Shown here piece after piece: positions 19,506 through 29,772 of a stretch of DNA of 64,000 bases; the stretch's first letter is position 1, and the number at the start of each line of letters is the position of its first letter. This DNA is from an uncultured candidate division Zixibacteria bacterium (GTDB lineage: Bacteria > Zixibacteria > MSB-5A5 > UBA10806). Position numbers and translations under genes: made by a program. Under the pieces are notes generated by a model. The model ran no database searches. It saw only the letters and a program-made list of their open reading frames with translations, and was not told the DNA's origin. Where the stretch lies: assembly GCA_963817915.1 (NCBI GenBank), contig CAWFQL010000012.1, forward strand, positions 352,001 through 416,000. Direction: 5' to 3'.

Positions 19506-21374
19506 TTATTTAATCAACACCATTTTTCTAGTGGATGAAAATTGGCCTGATTTCATGCTATAGAAATATATTCCGCTTTTTACTTCGTTGCCGCTCGAGT
19601 TTTTGCCATCCCAGATTATTCTGTTTGTGCCATTATTTGAATTTGACTCTATCGAATAACTTCTGACCTTGCTACCTCGAATATCATAAATCACAAGCTC
19701 GCCGTTGGAATTGAACGGCAAATCAACTTCTATTGCGGTCTGCATATTGAATGGATTCGGATAATTTTGCTTTAATGAGAAACTCGTAGGTCTTGTATTG
19801 TCATCATTCACCGATGTTATCTGGTGAATTCTGAATGAACGGATTTCCGAATACGGACCCCAGCCATATGAGTTGCCACCCTTGGCTCGCCATGTAAAAC
19901 TGCTGTCGGTTGTTAATATTGTATCCAGCTGAACACTGTCTGAGCTTATCAGGGAATCAATATACACCGGGCTCGAAAAATCATTACTTCGATAAATCTC
20001 GAAAAGATAATACGAAGCATATGGTGAAGGATTCCAATCGAACATTACAGTCTCTGAATTAAGCGTAGTATCGGCTGGAGGGTAGACAAGAACCGGCGCC
20101 GGTGGACGAGGATTCAGTGGGCGAAGCAGCTTATCGACAACTGTTGGACGGCTGCTTCCAACCGCGACATTGCTGACAGTACGCGTATAATAGCCGCTCT
20201 TTATAAATCTCAATGTAAAAGTTCCGGGTTCGAGAACTCTACGATATCTGCCATTATCAGGTCTTGAACGGCGTGGATTGATATCGGCGTTAATTCGCTC
20301 AACAACCTGAACCTCAGCTTCAATCGGCTCCAATGTTACCGAATCGCGGATAACTCCCGTAATTCCCGGACCAAGAGCCCTGCCAAGTAGATAATACTGG
20401 CCGGGAAGATGTCTGCGGCAGATTCCATCGACCAATGAAGTGTCCTGTATGGTGGTATCGGAAATCTCACATGAAAAAGCCGCTGTGCCGAAATTCCCGT
20501 AGAAATAGGTTTTGAAATCACCCTTATCTACCAATGCTCTTCTGGCCTCGTAGGTGGAATCGCCCCTATCGTCTACAATCCGTGAACAAAAACTGGTGCA
20601 GATGTTCATCATCAAAGCTTCGTCCGGCCCAAATCCGTGCCCGCCAACATTTGGATACCAGTACCAGGGATAATAGGCGACTTCGGAACGGCCGTATGTG
20701 GGAGAATGATAATCAATCGCTACCAACGGCCGGTATTTCTGCGCGAATGCCGCCATGGCGATATTCTCGCTCTGAGTAAATGGAGCGGTCCCCTTATATT
20801 CCAGCGATTCCGGTACGATCGCGCTTGGCGACGAATCAATAGACCACCCGAAATCGTAATTGCGGTTATTGTCAACTCCGTCATGAATATCAAATACGCC
20901 GTTAAAGTCGTTATCGTATTTGTTTTTGCGCCAATCGGTATCGCCGCCTTCAACCACGATATGGCCCTCGGGGTTTATGAACGGAACGCAGTAGATTTCG
21001 ATATTATTGACAAATCTTGCCGCCAATGTATCTCCGCTATTATAGCGGCTCACTATATTTTGAATGAATGACATTACGACTTCGACTCCCAAAACCTCAT
21101 CGGCATGGACTCCGCCGCAGAAGAATACCGCTGGTTCGTCCTCATCAATCTGCACATTATCAGAGATCTTGAATCTCAGCATTGCCACCGAATCCCGGCT
21201 CGAATATCCCATCGTATCAAGCTTGCAAATCGACGGATTATTTGCGGCGAGATCGGAAAGTATCTGCAATGCCTGGCTGTATCTCGTATATCGCTCCGGG
21301 AGTTGAGCGTAGAGATTAGCAGAAAATATAAAAAATATCAGCGATGCCCAAATTATTCTGCAATTTAGTCTCAA
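19506..21374 (-). CDS. Secreted M14 zinc carboxypeptidase with T9SS-like C-terminal domain
   Basis: GVHADE, WRKN, DNNRNY, DYHS, CEIS; carboxypeptidase regulatory-like domain; QNYPNPFN CTD. GGAGG RBS before TTG 21374. Confidence 0.85.
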   Translation of the reverse strand: MRLNCRIIWASLIFFIFSANLYAQLPERYTRYSQALQILSDLAANNPSICKLDTMGYSSRDSVAMLRFKISDNVQIDEDEPAVFFCGGVHADEVLGVEVVMSFIQNIVSRYNSGDTLAARFVNNIEIYCVPFINPEGHIVVEGGDTDWRKNKYDNDFNGVFDIHDGVDNNRNYDFGWSIDSSPSAIVPESLEYKGTAPFTQSENIAMAAFAQKYRPLVAIDYHSPTYGRSEVAYYPWYWYPNVGGHGFGPDEALMMNICTSFCSRIVDDRGDSTYEARRALVDKGDFKTYFYGNFGTAAFSCEISDTTIQDTSLVDGICRRHLPGQYYLLGRALGPGITGVIRDSVTLEPIEAEVQVVERINADINPRRSRPDNGRYRRVLEPGTFTLRFIKSGYYTRTVSNVAVGSSRPTVVDKLLRPLNPRPPAPVLVYPPADTTLNSETVMFDWNPSPYASYYLFEIYRSNDFSSPVYIDSLISSDSVQLDTILTTDSSFTWRAKGGNSYGWGPYSEIRSFRIHQITSVNDDNTRPTSFSLKQNYPNPFNMQTAIEVDLPFNSNGELVIYDIRGSKVRSYSIESNSNNGTNRIIWDGKNSSGNEVKSGIYFYSMKSGQFSSTRKMVLIK

Positions 21375-21444
21375 ACTATCCTCCAAATATGTTTTAATGC
21401 ACCTATAGAACTGCCTAATTTCAAATCTCATAGAATAGCACTGC

Positions 21445-24400
21445 CTATTTCAAAAGCGTCATGCGCTTGGTCTCAGTTTTCGATTCTGCATTCAGTCTAT
21501 AGAAATAAAGCCCCGAAGGCTGCCCGGAGGCGTCCCATTCGACCGAATGATTGCCGGCACTCAGCTTGGCATTGAGTAACGTAGCTACCTTTTGCCCAAG
21601 AATATTAAATATTTCGAGCTTGGCATTCTGGGCCGATGGCAATGAAAAATTAATCGAGGTCGTCGGATTAAATGGATTGGGGTAATTCTGAGATAGCGAA
21701 AAATGATCCGGTAGCTCGCCGTTGTCATCCATTCCCGTAATGTATCGTGAGCCGGTAGTAAATTTGATAGCTCTTCCATTCGCCAGATTCGCGGCCCCGG
21801 GGCTGTAAGTGCCGTTGAAGAGATAACCGATGCCGTCTCGTCGATCTGGAGAACAGATACCCACAGAATTCGTGGTGGGACTTTGAACTAGATTGTATTG
21901 AAATATAATATCATTGTCGCCAGTAAGAGTCGGCCATACCGGCTCATCCAGAAAGATAATTTCGAATGTCTGCAAACGTAAATTATCCTGATCCATTGCA
22001 TTTTTCCATCCAATTATAAATCTGCTATTGGGCTCATCGTAATGATAATAGACCCTCAAGTTATTTCCTTCAAAATCATCCCAGTAAGGCGCGATCATCG
22101 CCTGGGCATTTTGAGGGGCGGGAATAGGACAATTATAGAAGCTTGACCACCATGAGTTACCCAATGCTACAAAACCATTATCACAGATCGAAATATTGCT
22201 ATATGAGCGGCCGTAATACATCACATCGAATGGCAGAGAAATAGTCTCCGAATAGTCGTCCTGCAACGTGACATAATTCCAGGTTAAATTGTCAATAGGC
22301 ACCCAGCTATAATCTGGATGATATGAATACGATGAATCACTATTGTCAAAGCAGTAGTAACCATAATTATCAGGTCCCATGGGATCGCTTCTGCTGATCA
22401 ATCCAACGGTTGCTTCAAATGAGGCAAGAACTGTCTGCGGGCCGATACCGTTGATTTCAAGCACAAAGTTGATTACATGGCCAACATAAATATCTTGTGA
22501 CACTGATACCGTAAATCGATCTTCAGTATTTGTGACTCTGCTGCCCGGACTGCAATCGGAATAATTCGCAACAGAATCTATAATATTAACCTGCCTGTCG
22601 TTCGTTCTCAAAATCGCCTGCGGGCTGAGTATCGCCTGGCCGCCCGTATTACGTAATCCAACGATTAAGTCAAATGTTTCATTGGGATCAATTCGTCCAT
22701 TGCCGTTATCGATAACAAAGATCGAATCTGCCGTCAATGCGGCTGCGACGATTGGAAATCTGAATTGTCCGCTCCAGTGATTACCGGAAGCATCGGAAAT
22801 ATTCATCAATACAGGAACGTTAATTCCATTGGGAGCATCAGGTCGTATATTGATAATATAGGGTTCGCTCGATACCCCTGTCTGGCCAGGCGCGATATTG
22901 GAATATTGCGCGCTTGAACGGGTGATTTCGACAAATGGCGATTCGCTCGCGATGGTGGCGGCCACATTATAGGCAGTGTCCGAAATTCCATAATTTTGTA
23001 GTGTGACTGGCAATTCGATTGTCTCCGACGGATTGGCTATCCCGTCATTATTACCACGGGAATTCCCGGTCGAATCATCATCTATTGCATGCGATTGGTA
23101 ACTGACAGTTACGGAATTATTGACGCATATCACGGAATCCAAAATTGGAATATATCCCTGTGCAGTGACCGTAAATTTCATCGTCCCCGCTGTTGACGGA
23201 GATATTCCGATTACGCAATTGCCATCGGTTCCGGTGAAATCGCCAGCGAATGTTTCAGTGCCCTTCCACGCGCAGACATATGCGCCTCTCAATGGCTGGC
23301 CATTACTATCTAAGACCTGGGCTGAAATTGCGTTTTGTCCTATCTGGATCGTATCCGGGCGGACTGCAGTCATTCTCTTTGGAACCGCCGTCCAACAATT
23401 GATTTCTGGATCGCCCAAATCATTGTAGCTGTTAAAATATAATTCTATGTATCCGCCGGGAGCCCTATCGCCGGGAAAAACATTATACATATTCATTTTT
23501 CCCATAAGCTCTGATTGAGCCAATGTCACCACGTGCTCGTAAAAAAGACCCCAGTAGATACCTACATCAATTGCGTTGGTCCACGTGACATAGGCATAGT
23601 GATTGCTATTGCCGATAAAGCCTGCTCCTCCTCGATTGGCCTGGCGAATCCAGGCTTCACCCATGCAAATATCGATAATATCCTGGTAATCACCTGTTGC
23701 GCATACAATAGATGTCATTATTGGAAACTTGGGGCCATTGCTAAGAGCCATTATTTCATTCACTCCATAGTTTGGAGGTGTCCAGCTGTCCGCGTACCCA
23801 TAGCCGCGGTAATTCACGAATGATACACCGTCATTTATCGTAGCGCTTATTTCCGCCGGATCAATATACCATGACGTGAAAAACGTATCGACCTGGGTGT
23901 AACCGGATTGAAGCATAACATCGCGGCACCATAGCTTCGTAAATCGAGGGCTTATGAATGAACCACCATCGCTCCCAGCCACAACTGTCGCACGCTTATA
24001 CCAACTGGTATCGGACATATAAGGCGTTCTTTCGTAAGTAAACAACTTGGAAACATAGTTGCCCAATTCCGTAATATTGTCGATAGATATTCGCCCGATA
24101 AAGGCATCCGGGAAATAATCATTGCCCAATAAAAATGTGTAGTAATTGTCTGATTCAATATCGCTGCCTTGCGGTCCATAAGGATTTGCATACTCCTTAG
24201 TCGCGATCCCCCTGCTATTTGGAGCCGAAACATCCGATGTTATTACAATATAATCGGGCTTTATAGAGCAGGTGTCAAAACGTGTTTGAATATAAGATTT
24301 AACCACGGAATATGGCGGATTCGAGCCTATAGCGCTTTTAGGAATAAATTCAATGGGAAATCCTTTCGATTTTTTCCAATTGGCGAATTCCTGCAAATAG

Positions 24401-25116
24401 CTCAAATACTCATCAGGGTAGATAATCCAATATGCTCCACGTGTCATGTGAATTGGATCGAATACGGCTGGATTATCCAGAACCGCCCTATAAATCGGCA
24501 TAAAGGCTTCCGAGATCTGATTGCCATCGTACGTTATTCTGGAGCCGGCATGATCAACTTCTATCTCGATATCATCATAGACTCGCACAACCGATCTCTC
24601 GGCGTCATATTGCACCGGTGCGATAGTAATGGCATAAATTCGCACATCTCTCATCTGCCCGGCAATAGACCCGATAACAATCTGCTGTTCCAATATTGAA
24701 TTAATGGATTTATCGCTATATTGAAATGATCCGGCTTCTTCCGAATCCGCCTCTGCCAGCGAAATGTCGTTCAATTCAACATAATTCGCTTTTGTAATCC
24801 TGAGCGTAGGATCAGAATCAAACGGCACCGCTATCAGCCTGGTAATTGTAGGCAAAACAGAGTTTCCGGGCCCCGTGAATGCTCCGACTGATTGACCAAA
24901 TTCCACCGGAAGGGATATTCTGTATTTGAAAGCTCCGTCAACCGCGGTTCTCTTATAATCCAGGCTCGAAATTGCTATATTTAAATCTGTCTTGCTTATC
25001 GATTGCAGGCGAACATTTGTTCCTGAAGTATTATCACCGACGGGTAAACTGCCCGTTTCCGCATAACCTACTATTGGCGAAAATAGCATTAGGAAAATCA
25101 TTAAAAATCGAATCAT
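21445..25116 (-). CDS. Gingipain-like C25 family protein with propeptide and T9SS-like CTD
   Basis: SDNYY, PDAFIGRIS, VNYRGYG, SIVCATGD, GEAW, YNDLGDPE, C25_C-like region, GPDNYGYY, QNYPNPFNP. AGGAGG RBS before ATG 25116. Confidence 0.85.
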   Translation of the reverse strand: MIRFLMIFLMLFSPIVGYAETGSLPVGDNTSGTNVRLQSISKTDLNIAISSLDYKRTAVDGAFKYRISLPVEFGQSVGAFTGPGNSVLPTITRLIAVPFDSDPTLRITKANYVELNDISLAEADSEEAGSFQYSDKSINSILEQQIVIGSIAGQMRDVRIYAITIAPVQYDAERSVVRVYDDIEIEVDHAGSRITYDGNQISEAFMPIYRAVLDNPAVFDPIHMTRGAYWIIYPDEYLSYLQEFANWKKSKGFPIEFIPKSAIGSNPPYSVVKSYIQTRFDTCSIKPDYIVITSDVSAPNSRGIATKEYANPYGPQGSDIESDNYYTFLLGNDYFPDAFIGRISIDNITELGNYVSKLFTYERTPYMSDTSWYKRATVVAGSDGGSFISPRFTKLWCRDVMLQSGYTQVDTFFTSWYIDPAEISATINDGVSFVNYRGYGYADSWTPPNYGVNEIMALSNGPKFPIMTSIVCATGDYQDIIDICMGEAWIRQANRGGAGFIGNSNHYAYVTWTNAIDVGIYWGLFYEHVVTLAQSELMGKMNMYNVFPGDRAPGGYIELYFNSYNDLGDPEINCWTAVPKRMTAVRPDTIQIGQNAISAQVLDSNGQPLRGAYVCAWKGTETFAGDFTGTDGNCVIGISPSTAGTMKFTVTAQGYIPILDSVICVNNSVTVSYQSHAIDDDSTGNSRGNNDGIANPSETIELPVTLQNYGISDTAYNVAATIASESPFVEITRSSAQYSNIAPGQTGVSSEPYIINIRPDAPNGINVPVLMNISDASGNHWSGQFRFPIVAAALTADSIFVIDNGNGRIDPNETFDLIVGLRNTGGQAILSPQAILRTNDRQVNIIDSVANYSDCSPGSRVTNTEDRFTVSVSQDIYVGHVINFVLEINGIGPQTVLASFEATVGLISRSDPMGPDNYGYYCFDNSDSSYSYHPDYSWVPIDNLTWNYVTLQDDYSETISLPFDVMYYGRSYSNISICDNGFVALGNSWWSSFYNCPIPAPQNAQAMIAPYWDDFEGNNLRVYYHYDEPNSRFIIGWKNAMDQDNLRLQTFEIIFLDEPVWPTLTGDNDIIFQYNLVQSPTTNSVGICSPDRRDGIGYLFNGTYSPGAANLANGRAIKFTTGSRYITGMDDNGELPDHFSLSQNYPNPFNPTTSINFSLPSAQNAKLEIFNILGQKVATLLNAKLSAGNHSVEWDASGQPSGLYFYRLNAESKTETKRMTLLK

Positions 25117-25177
25117 TGTGAAATTCCTCCTGAAGCCTATAAATAATAAATGGTATAAATTCCTGCATAATAAAACA

Positions 25178-25203
25178 AACATCTTTCGCAATGCCATCGT
25201 TCC
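25178..25203 (-). promoter_or_regulatory. ECF-sigma-type promoter, GGAAC-N17-TGTT
   Basis: Minus strand reads GGAAC GATGGCATTGCGAAAGA TGTT, upstream of the C25/M14 pair. Confidence 0.55.
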
Positions 25204-25439
25204 CTTTTTTTGCCCCGCTAACTAAGGTATTCTCAATTCACACGACTTCGGACAATATAATACATTATGCTCGTTTTTCGACAAAATATTTTTGACCATA
25301 AAATGCTCATGGTCAATGAATTATGGAGAGGATAGGATATGGCGACCCCGGCTTACACCTTACTACCATTAAAATCGCGAATCCATTTTAGGCGATTAAG
25401 ATGCTAATCAAAAGCCGATACGGTCTTATTTTGATAAAA

Positions 25440-26972
25440 CTATTCTATTTTACTAATTCTCTTCTCAATCTTGCTATCAATAGTTTTGGCCTTCTCGACA
25501 GCCTCCATGACAATATCTGTAAATTGAAGCTCGGTCGGTTTAATATTCTGTGGGGAGAAACCGAGATATCTATCCGAATTGCTGGTGGCCACATAATCAA
25601 TTGTCGCAACCGTATATTTGCCATTAGGATCGATAGCTTTTCCTCCGATCATTACGTCCACGACCTTTGGCTGGTCATTCTCTTCCTTCCAGGTATAGCA
25701 TAATCCTGATATCTGCAGCGAGCCCTGGGAGCCGCCCTTTTCCGCCCCAATATTTTTTTCAGCGGTGCGAATTAGATCGGCGCCTGTACATTCGAAAGTC
25801 ACGACCTTATTATCAAATGGCAGCATTTCCTTGATGTCCATTTTTGTCACCGGCCCGGCCTCGATATCTTTTCTGATGCCGCCGGAATTGATAAATGCCA
25901 CATCGGTCTGCATTTTCTGTCGCAACGCTTCCGAAAGCCAGTCTCCGACATTCGATTCGGAACGATACTCCGACTTCCAGGTATCATTCAATTGAGCGAT
26001 TTTGATATTATAATCTTTGTCTACTTCGGCCTTGAATTCGCTTACCATTTTAGTGATTTCCGGATTTGGTTTGATATCCTTGGAATACATCGGGATCAAC
26101 TTCCCTCGAAACATCATTATGGTATCGCCGGCGACTGTCATATCAACACGCCCTAAATTCCGGCAATTTGACCCGGTTTGGACAATAACGACTCCATTCA
26201 CTACTTCCGGTGTTTCGATTCGTGTATGGCTATGGCCACCAACGATTAAATCAATTCCTTTAACGTTTTGTGCCAGTTCTCTGTCGTTTTCTATTCCCAA
26301 GTGAGAAAGAACGATTATCAAGTCAGTAAGGGAATCAATTTTGGACACGCAATCTTTAACTACCGGTATCGGATCCAGCGAATAAAATCCATCAAGATTA
26401 TTCTTGGATGCCATACCCACCATTTGATGATAGGTAAGGCCAATTACTCCGACTTTCAAGCCGTCTACATTGTAAATATGATAACCCTCTTTGGTAAATA
26501 GCTGTCCATCCTTGACAAGATTCGCGCAAAACACCGGGAATTTGGCTATTTTAATTAGGGCTCTTAGGTTTGACGCGCTCTTGTCGAATTCGTGGTTTCC
26601 CATCACCCAGCCGTCGTAGCCGATCATATTCATCATGGCGACCAATCCACCGCCATAAGCCCCTTCATAGGGAATATCGCAAATCAAAGTTCCGGTCATA
26701 AGATCGCCCGCGTCGAGTAAGAGACTTCTCTGAGCGGAGGCCCGTTCCTGGTGAACATAATAGTCTAGAGCTTCGAATCCGCCAATCATCGGTTTTGATG
26801 ATTCCCAGGTAGCGACCGTTGGCAAGTATGCCGCGTGCATATCATTCGTATGGAAAATCGTAATATTTGTAGGGGTTTGTTGTGCCGCTATGCTTCCGCA
26901 AATAACAAAAACGCATAGAATCGCTATTTTAATATTGTTTTTAAGAAACGATCCGGCTTTGTGAGACATCAT
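25440..26972 (-). CDS. Secreted 5'-nucleotidase / UDP-sugar hydrolase (metallophosphoesterase)
   Basis: HTNDMH, DAGD, GNHEFD, SHLG, GGHSH, NSGGIR, PFDN. Confidence 0.9.
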   Translation of the reverse strand: MMSHKAGSFLKNNIKIAILCVFVICGSIAAQQTPTNITIFHTNDMHAAYLPTVATWESSKPMIGGFEALDYYVHQERASAQRSLLLDAGDLMTGTLICDIPYEGAYGGGLVAMMNMIGYDGWVMGNHEFDKSASNLRALIKIAKFPVFCANLVKDGQLFTKEGYHIYNVDGLKVGVIGLTYHQMVGMASKNNLDGFYSLDPIPVVKDCVSKIDSLTDLIIVLSHLGIENDRELAQNVKGIDLIVGGHSHTRIETPEVVNGVVIVQTGSNCRNLGRVDMTVAGDTIMMFRGKLIPMYSKDIKPNPEITKMVSEFKAEVDKDYNIKIAQLNDTWKSEYRSESNVGDWLSEALRQKMQTDVAFINSGGIRKDIEAGPVTKMDIKEMLPFDNKVVTFECTGADLIRTAEKNIGAEKGGSQGSLQISGLCYTWKEENDQPKVVDVMIGGKAIDPNGKYTVATIDYVATSNSDRYLGFSPQNIKPTELQFTDIVMEAVEKAKTIDSKIEKRISKIE

Positions 26973-27105
26973 GACCGCCTTTGTTTTTTATCAGCCCTAT
27001 TGCTGATTATTCAGTCGAATATTTTTCATTATGCAAAAAAATAAGGATTTCTTAATCAATTGTCTATAGGATAATCTTAGTTGTTCGATGTCCTCGATTT
27101 TTCGA

Positions 27106-28443
27106 TTAGTCCGCTTCGGATTCATTCAGAGGTCTGATAAATTTCCTGCAATCAGTAATAGCGGCTTCATGCTTCTTTTGAATATTATTGATAATAGCCA
27201 GGGGACAGCGATATTTTATTATGCCTGTTGGTACAGAATTATTGAGCGAATAATGCTTATTATATTCCCTGTCCCTGACAGCGTATGTCCAATAATCTCC
27301 GGGCTCGATTGACATCTTTTTTGACGATGAGTTGAAAATCGCTTTTACGCCACCGCCGAGGTCATTCACGGTTTTAAGATTCAATGGGGAAATATAACCT
27401 GCCCATCTCCTTATTCTGGGGGCGAAATCAATTTTCCCGGATGATTTGACGCCGGATTTAAGCCTGATAAGTATTGGATGGATTGGTGTATCAGTCTTTA
27501 TGACTAAGCCTTCGTTTGAATGCTCGAGGCCGGCAATTTTGGCCATTTGGCTGCCCTGGCGATGCAGCTCGGTGACAGCATTTGCGATCTCGATCCAATC
27601 TCCATTTTTGAATGATTCGCCGCTGATTACCTCGGATTCTTCAACGCTCAGGGTTGATTGATCAATCGCTTTTATAATACGGGCGACAACCGAGGCATTC
27701 TCATCCGACCATTTAAAACCCTCTTCAAATCCGCCAGCTGCCGATACCCCGCGATGAAGCTCAATCCTATAATGAAGATTTCCAGGAATGAGTCCTCCAC
27801 CCATATCAATTTCGCCGAAGCTAATGGGGATTTGATGCCCCGACTGATCTATTTTTAATGTCAAAGAGATATCATTTCGGGGGAAATAATGATCGAGAAA
27901 CTCCTTGGCGGCCTTCGGATTGGCTATTTCGTCCACATATAATGCTTTGATTTGACCAACCAATTTCAGCCGCAGACAAGTATCCGGCCCGCCCAACGCT
28001 GGTTCTCTTATTATGTCATCATCAATGTAATTTGCTGTCTTTTGCCACGCTTCTAAATAGACGAGAATATTGCCAGAATTCCCGATAATCTCAGGTTCTG
28101 GGTAGTCAAATTGAGTGCGAAAAGTGCAATCTTTTTCTATTTTGAGAGGGAAGCCGCCTATGTAGACTATTCCTTTTTTGATTTCGAAATCGATCGTGTC
28201 GCCCGGGCCCAATGAGAAATTTTCGATCTTAAGGGCCTTGGAATTATCTGAAGTGATCTCATTCGATCCTTTTGGCACAGCAAAATCGCCCATAATGCTG
28301 CAGGCAAGCTGCCGGAAATGCTCGCTCCATATCAATGATTGTTCGTTCCAGTCGGAGTCTAATTCAACTCGGCCCTGCTGTTTTAATACTCCCAGATAAT
28401 TATTAAGGTAATGATAGGAGAGCCTGGAAAAATCACCCTTCAT
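27106..28443 (-). CDS. DUF6519-like protein (family normally found in contractile-injection-system/phage-tail loci)
   Basis: MKGDFSR, GVL.QQGRV.LDSDWNEQ, YLEAW, D..IREPALGGPDT, N.HYRIELH, FKWS.EN.S, GDYW, DCR...PL. Confidence 0.7.
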   Translation of the reverse strand: MKGDFSRLSYHYLNNYLGVLKQQGRVELDSDWNEQSLIWSEHFRQLACSIMGDFAVPKGSNEITSDNSKALKIENFSLGPGDTIDFEIKKGIVYIGGFPLKIEKDCTFRTQFDYPEPEIIGNSGNILVYLEAWQKTANYIDDDIIREPALGGPDTCLRLKLVGQIKALYVDEIANPKAAKEFLDHYFPRNDISLTLKIDQSGHQIPISFGEIDMGGGLIPGNLHYRIELHRGVSAAGGFEEGFKWSDENASVVARIIKAIDQSTLSVEESEVISGESFKNGDWIEIANAVTELHRQGSQMAKIAGLEHSNEGLVIKTDTPIHPILIRLKSGVKSSGKIDFAPRIRRWAGYISPLNLKTVNDLGGGVKAIFNSSSKKMSIEPGDYWTYAVRDREYNKHYSLNNSVPTGIIKYRCPLAIINNIQKKHEAAITDCRKFIRPLNESEAD

Positions 28444-28527
28444 CGTATATCCTCTATATAGTTTGGCCGGTATACGTCCCGCTTGATCTGGAAACTAATG
28501 CTATTTAGCTGGCGATTCACGAAATCT

Positions 28528-28556
28528 CTTATATGACATATTGAAAAGCCCGTCAA
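28528..28556 (-). promoter_or_regulatory. Sigma70-type promoter for the DUF6519 gene
   Basis: TTGACG-N17-TATAAG on the minus strand, about 85 nt before ATG 28443. Confidence 0.55.
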
Positions 28557-28928
28557 GCTGATATTCCGATTCATTAAAAAGGGCAAATTTGCTTGAAAAA
28601 TGCTGTTCTAATTTGGAATTTAATTCGTTTCAAAGTTCTTTATTGAACGATTTACCATAGGAGAAATTGAATTATATTTGATCAATTTGGAGCAAATATC
28701 ATCGGAATATTGTAGGCGAACTCCCATTATTTCCCAGTAATAATCTGAAATTCAACAGGTTAATTATCGCCCGAAAATACAATCTCCAATAAACATCGTT
28801 TTCAAAGCCTATAGAGAATGCGATTGAATTGCCGAATAAAGAGGCGGCAACGTGATTGTTCTGATAGTATTCGATATTTATGATTTTATTGAATGGTTCG
28901 CAATCACTCCATTAGAGAAGGAGAGAAA

Positions 28929-29354
28929 ATGAGAATCACAAAGGAAGTCATAATAGCGGCAAATAAAGACGAAATTTGGCCTTGGCTGACTGAACAAGAT
29001 AAACTTGGCGTTATTATAGGAACCATAATTGATCTCAAAATGAAGAAAAATGGGCAGGTCGAATTTAACGGTGGCGAATGCTGGAAAATGTTAAATCCCG
29101 AGCCGCCCGAAAAGCTCTCTTTCCGAATCGGAATCATGGGAATGCATTTGACAACAACTTTAGAATTAACATCTAAAGGAAAGAGAACAAATCTGCGTGT
29201 AAATATTACCGGTTGGGAGGATATTGACATTGAAAAGGCGCGAATCGAAATGCCGAAAGTTTCTCTCAATTGGGAAAAACGATTAAATAGGATTAAAAAA
29301 GTAATCGAATCATTGCCGAAAAGACATTCAGCCAATTCGAGATCAAAAGTATGA
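28929..29354 (+). CDS. SRPBCC/AHSA1-like protein
   Basis: I.KEVII.A.K..IW..LT; PPEKLSF; C-terminal W...L..IK helix; AAGGAG RBS. Confidence 0.65.
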   Translation: MRITKEVIIAANKDEIWPWLTEQDKLGVIIGTIIDLKMKKNGQVEFNGGECWKMLNPEPPEKLSFRIGIMGMHLTTTLELTSKGKRTNLRVNITGWEDIDIEKARIEMPKVSLNWEKRLNRIKKVIESLPKRHSANSRSKV

Positions 29355-29546
29355 TATGATAATAATGAGATTTATGGGTAGACGCATTTTATTGCAGAGT
29401 TCTTCAATAATATAGATATTTATCCGTTTTCACTCTCTTAATTTACTCGTTTTATTTAAGCTTATTAGACTTGGCTTAAAATTAGATATTTTGAAGTATT
29501 CATCCAAAACCACTTACTGCCAAAAGAGTTAATATAGGCATTTAAT

Positions 29547-29573
29547 GGAACTTGAGTTCGTATCAAATCGGTT
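29547..29573 (+). promoter_or_regulatory. ECF-sigma-type promoter candidate, GGAAC-N18-GGTT
   Basis: GGAAC TTGAGTTCGTATCAAATC GGTT. A sigma70-like TTGACT-N16-TATATT follows at 29604-29631. Confidence 0.4.
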
Positions 29574-29772
29574 TATGCATTGATGGTGGATTGTTGTTTA
29601 AACTTGACTGGAAAGAAGAATCATCTATATTGAATTCGATTTTCGTATGAAAAAGCTTTTTTGTTTTCGGGCTACATGCGAAAAATTTAAAAGTTAAAAA
29701 AAAGGGGATCTAAAGCTCTTCACCAAGTGAGTAGGTCCCCAATTCCTTAAATAACCCTTTTGGAGGATATTA

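Noticed and set aside
28904..29335. 143-aa minus-strand ORF
   Set aside because: Mirror-frame shadow of the SRPBCC gene, which has the RBS and family motifs.
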